Shown: positions 1-12,298 of the stretch, one piece after another
Layout of the letters: every line of letters starts with the position of its first letter
Numbering within the stretch: the stretch's first letter is position 1
Origin: Pecten maximus
Lineage: Eukaryota
Assembly (NCBI RefSeq): GCF_902652985.1
Contig: NC_047021.1
Span: forward strand, 26,226,001 to 26,290,000
Direction of reading: 5' to 3'
DNA length: 64,000 bases
Program-made: the position numbers and the translations under genes
Notes under the pieces: model-generated
The model's database searches: none
Told to the model about the DNA's origin: nothing
The model's input: the letters and a program-made list of their open reading frames with translations, nothing else

Positions 1-915
1 TGTAAAAAATAACAATCTCAATTTGCTCTCCTTTGTAAAACCATTTCTCATTACATTTGACAATTCCACCTCTTCTGAATACAACAATCTTGGTCTTATC
101 CAGGTTTACTTTCATACCATACTTATCACAGAAAGAAGATACACAGTAAATTTGTTTTTGTAACCCAAGCACTGTATCTGCTAGGCTTGCAATTTCATCA
201 GCATATAATAAAGACGTAATGTTGTGAACATTTTCATTAACAAAAACACCTCTACATCCATGATTGTCCATTGATTCAAGCAGTTCATTTAAGAACAACA
301 CAAAAAGTAGCGGACTGATCATACAGCCTTGTCTTGTACCCACAGAGCAGTTGAAAAATTCAGATAACATGAGTTTGTCTACTTTCACACAGGATTTGAA
401 CTGAGAGTACATAGATGATATAACAAGAAAAAATCTACCTTTGACATTATTTTTCAAAAGGATATATCTTAATAATGTATGCTGAATACTGTCAAAAGCT
501 TTTGAAAAGTCAATAAAAATACAATATAATCTGCCTTTGCGCTTAGTGACGTACTTTTGTACCATAGCAAATAATGTAAAGATATTGTCAGTAGTACTAT
601 AGCCAGTTCTACATCCAATCTGATTTTCATAAAGTTTGTCATAAACTTCACACCAAAATCTCAATCTGTTATTCAATATCTTAGTAAATATCTTTCCAAT
701 TACTGAAGATAAAGAAATACCCCTATAATTATTTGGATTATGTGTGTCACCCTTCTTATGCAATGGAGTGATTACAGCTTCACACCAAGCTGCTGGAAAT
801 AATCAAGATCCAAGTATAGCATTGAATAACACAGAGAGATATGGTTTCAGGAGTGAATATGCATATTTCGTATGCTCATTCATGATGCCATCAGGACCCG
901 GAGCTTTTAAAACAG
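1..915 (-). mobile_element. Degenerate non-LTR retrotransposon (CR1/L2-like LINE) reverse transcriptase fragment; runs off the window start
   Basis: Minus-strand translation gives RT motifs in order: KAPGPDGIM (~880-910), NYRGISLSSVIGKIF (~690-735), GYSTTDNIF, IFIDFSKAFDSIQH (~479-520), VGTRQGCMISPLLF (~302-343), LYADE (208-194; normally YADD), VNLDKTKIVVF. There is an in-frame TGA at ~805-803. Confidence 0.93.
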
Positions 916-2720
916 TATATTCTGTATCTAGTAATAAAGAGTATATACTGTTTCTAGTATTAAACAATATTTTCTGTATCTAGTATTAAACAGTATATTC
1001 TATATCTAGTAATAAACAGTATATACTGTTTCTAGTATTAAACATTATTTTCTGTATTTAGGATTAAACAGTATATTCTGTATCTAGTAATAAACAGTAT
1101 ATACTGTACCTAGTATTAAACAGTATTACTGTATCTAGTATAAACAGTATATACTGTTTCTAGTATTAAACTGTATATATTGTTTCTAGTATTAAACAGT
1201 ATATACATGTACTGTATCTAGGATTAAACAGTACATTCTGTATCTAGTATTAAACATTATATACTGCTTCTAGTATTAAACTGTATATACATACACTGTA
1301 TCTAGGATTAAACAGTATATTCCGTATCTAGTAATAAACAGTATATAATGTATCTAGTATTAAACAGTATATACTGTATCTAGTAATAAACAGTATATAC
1401 CGTATCTAGTATTAAACAGTATATACAGTATCTAGTATTAAACAGTATATAATGTTTCTAGTAATAAACAGTATATACTGTTTCTAGTATTAAACAGTAA
1501 ATACTGTGTCTATGATTAAACATTATATATTCTGTATCTAGTAATAAACAGTATATACTGTTTCTAGTATTAAACATTATTTTCTGTATCTAGTATTAAA
1601 CAGTATATTCTGTATCTAGTAATAAACAGTATATACTGTTTCCAGTATTAAACATTACTTTCTGTATCTAGGATTAAACAGTATATTCTGTATCTAGTAA
1701 TAAACAGTATATACTGTTTCTAGTATTAAACATTATTTACTTTATCTAGGATTAAACAGTATATTATGTATCTAGTATTAAACATTATATACTGTACCTA
1801 GTTTTAAACAGTATTACTGTATCTAGTATAAACAGTATATACTGTTTCTAGTATTAAACAGTATATACATGTACTGTATCTAGGATTAAACAGTATATTC
1901 CGTTTCTAGTAATAAACAGTATATACTGTTTCTAGTATTAAACATTATTTTCTGTATCTAGGATTAAACAGTACATTCTGTATCTAGTATTAAACAGTAT
2001 ATACTATACCTAGTAGTAAACAGTATTACTGTATCTAGTATAAACAGTATATATTGTTTCTAGTATTAAACTGTATATACTGTTTCTAGTATTAAACAGT
2101 ATATACATGTATTGTATCTAGGATTAAACAGTATATTCCGTATCTAGTAATAAACAGTATATACTGTATCTAGTATTAAACAGTATATACTGTATATAGT
2201 ATTAAACAGTATACACTGTTTCTAGTATTAAACAGTATATACTGTATCTAGTATTAAACAGTACATACTGTATCTAGTATTAAACAGTATATACTGTACC
2301 TAGTATTAAACAGTATATACTGTATCTAGTATTAAACAGTATCTACTGTTTCTAGTATTAAACAGTATATTCTGTATCTAGTATTAAACAGTATATACTG
2401 TATCTAGTATTTAACAGTATATACTGTATCTAGTATTAAACTGCATGTATTGACTTTATCTAGTATTAAACAGTATATACTGTATCTAGTATTAAACAGT
2501 ATATACTGTATCTAGTATTAAACTGCATGTATTGACTTTATCTAGTATTAAACAGTATATACTGTATCTAGTATTAAACAGTATATACTGTATCTAGTAT
2601 TAAACTGCATGTATTGACTTTATCTAGTATTAGACAACATATACATTGTACTTATTCTGGTATTAAACAATATATACTGTATCTACAATTTAACCGCATA
2701 TATTATATCTAGCATTAAAC
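910..2720. repeat. 26-bp minisatellite (AAACAGTATATACTGTATCTAGTATT)n, about 68 copies, with an internal palindrome ACAGTATATACTGT
   Basis: Period 26 read directly (AAACAGT at 2282, 2308, 2334). The array begins right at the LINE fragment boundary. Confidence 0.95.
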
Positions 2721-3104
2721 TCCTATGTAAATGTACGGTTCATTTAGGTTACTTTTGTAGAACCAGTTCGAGGATGCCTAACAAGTGAAAGTAAAAGATG
2801 CATTTTTGTTTCATTTAGATGATTAAGAGTTTACTCCACACCAGATACACTGGATTGTTTAGGGCTTTTACAGTATTATTTGCAATTATGTGTTGAAATA
2901 AATTTTGAAAAGATGAAATAAGTTATTTATTCGCTTTAATGTTGTCTTGTTTGTTAGTATCACGGCGATATCGCATTGTTTGTTTTATTTAATTCTGTCA
3001 ACATTTTCTCGGTTCTTTTGTTTTACTGGGCGACATTTCAGTCTTTCTCAGTTTGATAGTGAAGAGTATGAAATAGATATTTATTTGTAAAATTCTGTTC
3101 ATTT

Positions 3105-3470
3105 ACACTTCGTAAGGTTTAGAGAGATGCAAGTTGATGAAGATCACACAGGGAAGTTATATAGTCGACACCCATTCAGAAATATTCCATTCCCTTGTGC
3201 GATATCAAGTCAAATGTGTCCCATGCTTGTTGATATGCCTAGTGATCCCCTTGTCACAACCTCAGATCTCATTTTGAAGATGTGACTTAACCCGAATTTG
3301 ACCTTGAAGCAGAAGACGCTTACTTTTCCGGAACGCAAGAACTCCCAATGAAATATTTATACATGTATAGTGTCTTCGTATTTTGCACTCGTTTTATGGA
3401 TTTTATTTAGAATTAAGGTTTCGAAATTATGACGGTATTCTCTGTCCGATTGTAATACGCATTATTTCCA
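3105..3470 (+). mobile_element. Probable degenerate 3' remnant of a Penelope-like (PLE-type) retroelement
   Basis: Frameshifted peptide resembling GLERCKLMK..KLYSRH, similar to the RLKSSLRKFYGRH C-terminus I recall for these elements, followed by GCAGAAGACGCTTACTTTTCCGGAACGC (3309-3336), similar to their usual downstream motif. Recognised from memory only. Confidence 0.45.
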
Positions 3471-3687
3471 TACAAATATTGACAAGGTAAAAAGTATCTT
3501 ATCGCTTTGTCGCCATGCTTTTATAACTGGTAATGCGCCACCATGCATCCTTAAAAATAAATAACATGAGTTTGAAAATTTGTAAACGATTCAGAATTCC
3601 TCGGCCTTAATTGCAACATTTGGGGTCTTAAATCTTTCCTTTTTCCGTCACTGCACTGTTTTTTTTCCTCAAAAGGTCTCATTAACA

Positions 3688-3931
3688 CACGTCCTCATAT
3701 GACCCTCACTGTTGGTGTGACCTTAACATCCGTCCTCATATAACCTTGACTGATGGTGGGACATTGACACCGGTCTTCATATGACCCTGGCTGTTGGTGT
3801 CTCCTTGACACCCGTCCTCATATGACCCTGTATGTTTTTGTCTCCTTGACACCTGTCCTCATATAGCCCTGGCTGTTGGTGTCGCCTTGACACCTGTCCT
3901 CATATGACATTGGCTGTTGGTATCGCCTTGA
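3688..3931 (+). repeat. 41-bp minisatellite, 6 copies (GTCCTCATATGACCCTGGCTGTTGGTGTCTCCTTGACACC-like), resembling a mollusc SINE 3' tail
   Basis: Units start at about 3691, 3732, 3773, 3814, 3855 and 3896. The SINE-tail resemblance (..GTCCT..ATGACCCTGGCTGTT..) is from memory. Confidence 0.85.
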
Positions 3932-4112
3932 ATCTTAGGAGGACGAAACAGCTGTATGATGTCCCTATCATCACTGACGAGTCTTAGAAGGACGAAACAG
4001 CTGTATGATGTCCCTATCATCGCTGACGAGTCCTAGAAGGAATGACGAAGCAGTTTTATGATGTCCCTATCATCACTGACGAGTCCTAAAAGGACGAAAC
4101 AGCTGTATGATG
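3932..4112 (+). ncRNA. Tandem array (~3.6 x 49 bp) of minimal hammerhead ribozymes
   Basis: Copy 1: CATCA 3969-73, CTGACGA 3974-80, stem II GTCTT-aga-AGGAC 3981-93, GAAA 3994-97, CAGCTGT-A (GUA triplet ending 4005), TGATG 4006-10. Copy 3 is intact (CTGACGA 4076-82, GTCCT-aaa-AGGAC, GAAA 4096-99, GUA ending 4107, TGATG 4108-12). Copy 2 is degenerate. Copy 0 is 5'-truncated. Confidence 0.85.
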
Positions 4113-4996
4113 CATGCCTATGTAAGTCTATATTCATATATACAATGGTAATACTTGTGCTATTCATCCGTGTATATAATCCGTTGATATTTAAGCTAAC
4201 CCGCATATAAATATCACAAAATACGCGTATCCTATTACAGTAGAGGTAAAATGTGGGAATACCCAATGTGTTGTATGTAGGAGGTAGGGTTAACAAACCG
4301 TACTGAATGTTAGTCTGGCGTTTGTATGGATTAATTCATAGTAATACATTCGAAAAAAATAATTATGCAATTCATTGATTTTGTGCGAGGTACAGTTTCC
4401 ATCAACATCCTGTACAAACCTCCTATAATGTTATTATCACCAAACTTGAATCAACAGCCAATTAATTATAACCTATTGACTTAAAGCGCAACCATGAAAA
4501 TTCACTGAAGTGAATGGACGGTTATCGTATGGTGTTGCCGGCATAGTGGCAGAATAAAACATCTTGGAAATGTTTGCTTCCTGGCATGGTGTCATTATAG
4601 AACCAGTTACTGTGATGTAACCTAACATGTCCGTTACTAGCCTCAAATGATTAAAAAAAGGAATTTAAATAAATTAAACATCAAAGCTGTCTTTTCATTT
4701 GATTGGTTACACACTTGACACTAATGTATTAAAAAGCTGATTCCATGGAGCTAGACCCGGCAGGTAAGAAATGTACATACCGAGATTAGTTCCTAGAATG
4801 TGGGCGTAATAGTCGAGAAGGCAGTATTACGTAATAGTTCAGACCTAAACACCGAAACGCTATATCTAGGCTATCGTGTAGACACTGGTCTCCACTAATC
4901 AGGCTGCGTGTATGGCTGAATCAGCTGTAATGTAACTATAACGGTAAAGTACAAACAATTTTCATTAATAACTCAGAAGTAGACCAGCTACACTTA

Positions 4997-5641
4997 GGGC
5001 AAATTTGTTGCAAATAAACTGGTTTAGGTTTGGGTTTATGGTTTAAACCTGGTTTTCAAAACGGTTTGTAAACAAAAACTGGTTTGCTCTTGAGAAACAA
5101 ATGCGAAATTCTAGTTTTCAATATGGTGTCTTTGGGAGAAAAAGCTTCAGAGCAGTATTTGAAACGTTAATACCTCCTGAACGCACAAAAATCCCCCGAA
5201 TCCCAAATTATGTTGAAGACATACTTCCACAATGCAATGACAGGGAAACGCATGCAGTTCTAGCAGACTTTCTTTCAAACACAAGGGAAAACTGTCATAC
5301 CAATGGGAAAACAATTATTAATATTTATAATTTATATTTTATTTGTCCAGTTAAATGACACTACAAGCCATAGCTGGCAAGTTTGGAGCACGTAGCGCAC
5401 TTCAAGAGAACATTCTGCATGTGTGTTGACAACATTCGCCATCTTGTTTTCAGAAACGAAACCTTCCAAACCACAACCGGTGGTGGTTTGATTGGTTTAA
5501 TAAACTAGTTAAGGTTTATCAGAAACAAATGAATGAACCGGTTTCAGTTTAAATGTGGTTTGAAACTGGTTTACTCAACAAATGGAAAGTTTACAGAACC
5601 GGTTCGAAACTAAAACTGGTTTTAGGAGAACAAATTCGCCC
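4997..5641. mobile_element. Non-autonomous PIF/Harbinger DNA transposon (645 bp)
   Basis: TIRs GGGCAAATTTGTT / AACAAATTCGCCC match 12/13. TTA target-site duplication at 4994-96 and 5642-44. Multiple subterminal AAC(T/C)GGTTT motifs. Internal peptide PRIPNYVEDILPQ resembles a Harbinger transposase N-terminus. Confidence 0.85.
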
Positions 5642-6108
5642 TTAATGTCGGTGACACTGGTCGTCATTACGGGATATATACTGTAGGACACGCCACCGCC
5701 ATGTGGTATTGTGGTCATTCTTAAAGTGTACCAGGAACGATTTGCTATAATTAAGCTCATAAATTGCAATTTAGGATAAAACTAAAAATGCTGAAAGTGC
5801 GACTTTCATAGTGACTTTTTTTTTAGAGTAATTGAGATTTTTCTCGAAAACACACCTGAAGCCCAAAGCCATTGACCTCGTTTCGGTGACCTCTGACCTG
5901 TGACGTCACAGGTTTAACGGGATCAGAGCCGCCATATAGGAAATATATATAAATAAACGTGAACACGTGCCTTCAATTAATGCGAATTAGACAACAATCG
6001 TATACGTGCTGATTGAAGTGTTTAGTTATATTTGTGAATAAATTAATAACAAGTGCTACCGAAACCAGGGACATATAATTTCATATTATAACGGGTCGTA
6101 TATAACAT

Positions 6109-7296
6109 CAGAGACATATATACAGAGAGATTGGTAACTCTCTATTTGCCCTTGTGTTAACATAGTGGCCCCTGACCTTCCCACAATCCTTTGCGGTCGC
6201 TCGGTTCAGTCTTCACTTGACGCCATATTAGAGAAATCGTGAAAACCACACACATAATTATCGATAATTTCTATTTGAAATCATCACCAAGATCCAATTA
6301 TGTGCTTTAATTTTATTAATATCAAAGTGCAGAAGTGTCATCAATATGAAATATATCACAATTTGCTGTCCAAGTGTTTGTATTTTGAGTATGAAAGTCA
6401 ACCTCACCGCAGGAAAGATCGGCGGGAATCTCCAATTTTCGAAAAGTCCCTATGGGGTTTTCGAGAATACGGATAAATGACAACAATGTGCATGATAACA
6501 AGATCATTTTCCATAAGTATGATAGTTTTTGGTTAATGTGGTAACTTTTGTAGTGGCCTAGATAAAACGATGTGCTTTTTGTGTGCGTTTAAAATTGACG
6601 ATGTTTTGGTCTGACGTAATGGCTGCTTAATTACAAAACTTGGACATAGGACCCAATGGATTTTCGAAAATACGGATAAATGACAACAATGTGCATGATC
6701 AATAAGACTATATCCCATAAGTATATGGTAAATTTTGGTTAATGTGGTAACTTTTGTAGTGGCCAAAATAAAACGATGTGCTTTTTGTGTGCGTTTAAAA
6801 TTGACGATGTTTTGGTCTGACGTAATGGCGGCTTAATTACAAACTTGGAAATGTCGAATAGGACCCAATGGATTTCCGAAAATACGGATAAATGACAACA
6901 ATGTGCATGATCAATAAGACTATATCCCATAAGTTTGATCGTTTTTGGTTAATGTGGTAACTTTTGTAGTGGCCAAAATAAAACGATATGCTTTTTGTGT
7001 GTATTTAAAATGACGATGTTTTGGTCTGACGTAATGGCGGATTAACCAGAACATGTCGAATAAGTTCCAGTACATCGATACACACATGCGCAAAGCCCGA
7101 TTTACCTGTGCTCGCGTGTGTTTGATAGGGGACAGGGCGCTCTCGATAAGGGATATGCTTGAGTGGTCACGAATAAAGGGAGCCACCACTTGTACGGGAA
7201 AATAGCGATGTTACTTATCTCTGTATATATGTCTCTGATGTTATATACGACAAGGGCAAATAAAGAGTTACCAATCTCTCTGTATATATGTCTCTG
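6109..7296. mobile_element. Non-autonomous TIR element (TIR CAGAGACATATATACAGAGA) with three internal ~200-210-bp tandem repeats and a duplicated right end
   Basis: TIR at 6109-6128 has inverted copies at 7218-7237 and 7277-7296. Internal repeats start at about 6460, 6662 and 6873. Possible 7-bp TSD ATAACAT (6102-08) / ACAACAT (7297-7303). Confidence 0.85.
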
Positions 7297-10200
7297 ACAA
7301 CATGCAACATCTTCCTAATTTTCTATTATAACGGGCCGTATATAAATTGTAGCATCTTCCTTAATTTCTATTATAATGGACCACTTGCAACATGTAATAT
7401 GTCTGACTTTTTTTTCTTTTACAACGGGTCGTATATAAAACGTAAAATTTGAATAATTTTCTATTATAACGGGCCGTTTGTAACATGTAACGACTACATC
7501 ATATAGCAATTATTATGAGGGCATCGTTAATTTGCAATTCATGCATAATGTGAAATAAATGCTTAAAACTTCTTACTATAGCTAGCCAAAACGGCAATGG
7601 ATACATTGCAAATCCACTTGACGATACATGTACATGTACCAGTATTTGTGATTTTCGGATAATTGTCCAAAATTGATAAAACTTGTCCATGAAAGGTTCG
7701 TAGCTCCCACACAAGATGCACAGAGTAAATTTTCAACATCGTGGGTATATGAATGAGCCAACTTTATAGGTTAGTTATTTTATAGGCAAACTTTTGCGAT
7801 ACGAAGTTTGATTGGCTGTAGGGAAAACGGAATTGACTGAACTCAGATTTCAATAATGTGTTTAGTTTTAACAAATTATGAATCCCCAATAGTATAAACG
7901 CAATTCTGAAAAAAATCAAGCTAAATTTACTTACAAACGGTAAAAGCATTTCTTCGGAACATGTTTAATGTGCATGGAAACCAAACGCGTCAACTCACAA
8001 GCAATTATCGGTGCGTACAGATTAGAGCGCATGAAATCACAGACACCTGTGGTGCTGTGACAGGTACATGTATGACGAGCTTGTGGACCGTAATTTCACA
8101 CCTGGTAATTATTTAGCAGTATACTAACCCACTCAGAGTTGAGTATTATACCTAATTCTCCGAACAGGTTTGTATATTTTATTATATTTTAAAGTGTTCT
8201 TTTAATTGAGAAGACATGACTTGCGACACACGACTGGAAAGTAAAATTACAAGGATACCAATCTCTTCACGATCATTTATTTTACCAAAACACTTTAATC
8301 ATAACGAGTAAAATTGGTACATAAGAAGTCGTTTCTTTGAAAAGATCGAGAGAGAGAGAAAAAAAACACATTAAAACCAAAATTTATCAATTATGTATGA
8401 AGTGTTTAATTACTTACCCTCACCAGAGACATATAGGTCTCTGCCCTCACACATATTTGTCAAACTTTTTATTTAATTTTCGGCACATGTGGTCAGAAAT
8501 AAAACGTATTTCCTCTTAGCCTTTAGTCTCTGCCATCTATCCTGATCTTATACAAGATATAATAGATAATTATTTTATAGTCGGAGTACTGGTTACTACA
8601 TCTTTATCTGTATTAGTACGTCATAGATCGGTAATATAACAGAGAATGAATGACAATATATACAGCGCGGACTATAAACGGAAATGGAGTTCGAAACATT
8701 CGTCGTTCAGAGATAGTCGATATAGATATCCAGGGTCGGGTTTTAGAAAGATCCTGGGGTACACCGTACAAGAGAATTGATTTACGATAGTGCCACTGGC
8801 CATAAAAATCATATAATACAGAACTGATAGATTTCACAATTTCATGTATATAAAACACTTTAAAATGCGTTATGTTTTTTAGGAAGTGTTTGATTCACTG
8901 TGAGCATCGTTCACTCATTTAATCAGAGTTATTCCCCTTTGTATGCATCTAGACCACTTGTAAGTTGTTTCAAACCAAGTTCATGTCAAGTGTCTGCTCT
9001 TGGTTTATAGAAACATTGTTTGTGTGTTGTTGGTTATAAAACAAGGGTCGTGTAACAAAGTCAGCCCTTCTGCAATATATATATATGGTCAAGTCGTCAT
9101 CTGAATACATTTACATGAATTTCCGTTTTTTTTTTTAGTTAATTAATTAAACTGTTGACGTCATTCCTGTATAGCATTAATATCTCGCAGCTTAAGTGGT
9201 CGGAAATTATTTATTCGCAATAAGGTGCAGTTAATTACAGGAGTAATTAAGAGTTTTATGTAAATTTGAAGCAAATTAGCAATCTTACGAAATTTTCGGC
9301 ACAGATTTAAATTTCGATCGTAGTTGTACTTGTGGCAATGTGCTGTATTAGCAATTTTTAAATAGGAAATTTAGCATAAATTATTATATGTTTTTGCTGC
9401 TAACTTTTATTTATTACAATAAGCCAAAGCCATTTTGAATTTTTATTGATCTTCCTCGACAATCCAACATGAGACGTCCGAGTTAAAAGTACATATTAAA
9501 TGCACTCGGTACATCAGAATACATACCACTTAACCATGACCAATATATAATATAGATCGCTGGTCTAAACACTTAACAATAGGAATGCTGTTTAGGTCAT
9601 CGTACATGTATGGACAAACGTTGTAGATCAGTTCTGGATAACTCGAGCCGTGTCGGTTAAATCCACTGAATCACTAGATCCCCGGACATATAACAAAGAC
9701 GAGACGAAATGACTTTTTTTTCTTTTTATTAGAAAGTTACAGCACTTAGCATTACATCCATTGCATATAAATATAACCTGAACTGCGAGGACACTTCGAC
9801 ACTAGCCAGGGCAACCTCGCCTGTATGTTATATATAAATAATGATACCGACATTGTCGAAATGTAGCCTATATATAAATAAGATACCGATAATGTCGAAA
9901 TGTAGCCAAGGTTATGTAGATCTACAATGTCAAAGCCCAATATATCGATTATCGGACAGATTAGAATCTTGTCAAACCTGACTTTAGAACTAGCTGGATA
10001 AGATTGTGGTTTTGACCTGGATAAGATTGTTGACCTGGATAAGATTGTGGTTTTGACCTTATGGATCAAGGTCAACATTTTGACCTTCCTCGGTTAACAA
10101 GACTTCATTTCTCGATATGGAATCTTTGCTCGCCGTTCATTACGTAAAGCTTATAACCAGGTTTCCAGGAAAATTTGAACTTGATATTATCTCGTGTTAC

Positions 10201-11034
10201 TACTTTCTAATTTGCCTAAACAGGGCGCGTGTAGTATATAATGACGTTATCCGAAATAATGCTGAATAAAATTAATACCACATTTTGTGCAGCGAAAAAT
10301 TGCTATCAGTTGTCGAACGAAGGGAGGTAACCGAGGCTAGTGTCATTAGCGTGTTCGGTGACAATGGTAATATATGTGGTTACATTGTCACCTGAACTTG
10401 TCCTGTCAAAGCGCAAAGTTGATAGAAATCCCTTATAACGAGATCGTTTTGTTAACTTAATACAGGAAGTAATTGTCAATTACTCTATATTTCCACAATC
10501 CGTGGAACGAAAAAGAAAATTTGCTGTGAAATATATTTGTATATAAAAGGAAAATACAAATGTTAATTAAGTGAACTTCAAGTTTGAAAAAAAAAAAAAT
10601 TCTTATTATTGAATTTCTATTTTTGCAAATTCTACCAAAACTGATTTTTTTTCTATTCTACCAAGGTTATTGAAACTTTCAAGCTAATAAAATACAATCA
10701 ATAGGCGGAACGAGACCTAGCTGAACTGACGCGGAGTATTGAGTATTATAATACATTATTGCTATAGAATTCATCCTACATCTATGGGTATACTACAATG
10801 GTGAGTATTGGCCGGTGTAAACAGTAACTATCCAATGTAGAATTACGTCACATCACCCAAATTTTAAATTCTCAATATTTCCATCGAAGAATACAATTTC
10901 TGCACACATCGATCGTACCGTAAATTTAGCCTACAACTATTAAAACTTGATTGATCAAATACCACTTTACCACGAATATTTTCTCATTAGTTTTGTTGAA
11001 AACTTTTGTTTCAACTCCATCAAATTAACACCGC

Positions 11035-11040
11035 TTTATT
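11035..11040 (-). terminator. Candidate polyadenylation signal (AATAAA) for the GPI-protein gene
   Basis: First canonical minus-strand AATAAA I found downstream of the stop at 13321. The intervening sequence is U-rich on the sense strand. Confidence 0.3.
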
Positions 11041-12298
11041 AAGTTTTCGCAGTTCTTGCACTGACATATTATGGGATAGATCTAACCGAATTCTGATTTT
11101 GTGACGTAATCTTCAAATCACTTTTACACAATACACAAATATGAAAAATAAATATAGAACTTATTATTAATAAACGTACACGTGTTCAAAACTTACAATA
11201 GCGCACACCACATGACCAGAGCTCGTACTATTTAGAAGCCAATCGAAATCTTGTGTTAACTAATATGCAAAAACAGTCAATTATTCAATTATACACATGA
11301 GAAAGAATTTATCAAACATCCAGAACCAGGAATCTTGTACAACATGGACACACGTGTTGAACTGGCCAGGACGTGGCGTAGTTCTGAACTGAAGTCCTTA
11401 TATATATATATATACATGTATATATATGTATATATATATAGAAAGCGTTATTGACTTGAAATGCACATTCTCGCTACAAACGCACACTTACACTGTCATT
11501 TACTGCGGAATTTCCACCAATAGTTGGAAAATAAATAATCATAAACTAAAATGTGTCATGCATTGAATATCGTAACACGTGGATATATTTAACACTTTCA
11601 AAAGGACCTGTATCGCATACTTCTTAATAGATCTGCACGAAAACAAGCGTTTTGTTGATAGCGACATATGACACAAGCACACAGTTGATTGAGATGATGG
11701 CGTGGACAGTGGTGACTAGAGGTTTAACATGGACCGTAAACTAGGGAAATGAGTTAAATCATCTTAAATTGTATTAAATAAAATGGAATAAACACAAAGC
11801 GTAGATAAAACAAGTTGCTGTACTGTCTATATACAAATAACGAACCGAACGTGTACACAACAAGTGCACCGTCTATATACATGTAATGAACCGAACTCAT
11901 AAACAAGTGCTATTTTGCTAAACAATAATTTGTCCACCGATTACCCGTGAATACAGGACTTCCTGTCCGTTCCGGGGTGATGACTGCCTATGGATTCGAA
12001 CCCTCGTCACTTTCCAGCAGATAGTAGCTACCTATCCCCTAGTGAGAGAACCGTTTTCTCATTCTCCTGTGATGAACACATTTACATGGGTTGGCGCGAC
12101 AGCTTACATTTAAACTACAAATAGTCTCGTTTTCACACACCAATTCGAATGAGTTTCTACATTCCTATGGTAACCACGTGGCATGGCCATAATATGCACA
12201 TGCCATGCGCTATGCACAATAATATTCCCGTTACAATAAGGCGTATATATGGTATATCTCACCGTGTAAGGCATACAGGTTATCCTCCCAATGTGTAC

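Noticed and set aside
11970-12035. B-box-like GGTTCGAATCC on the minus strand
   Set aside because: No A box or cloverleaf could be built around it.
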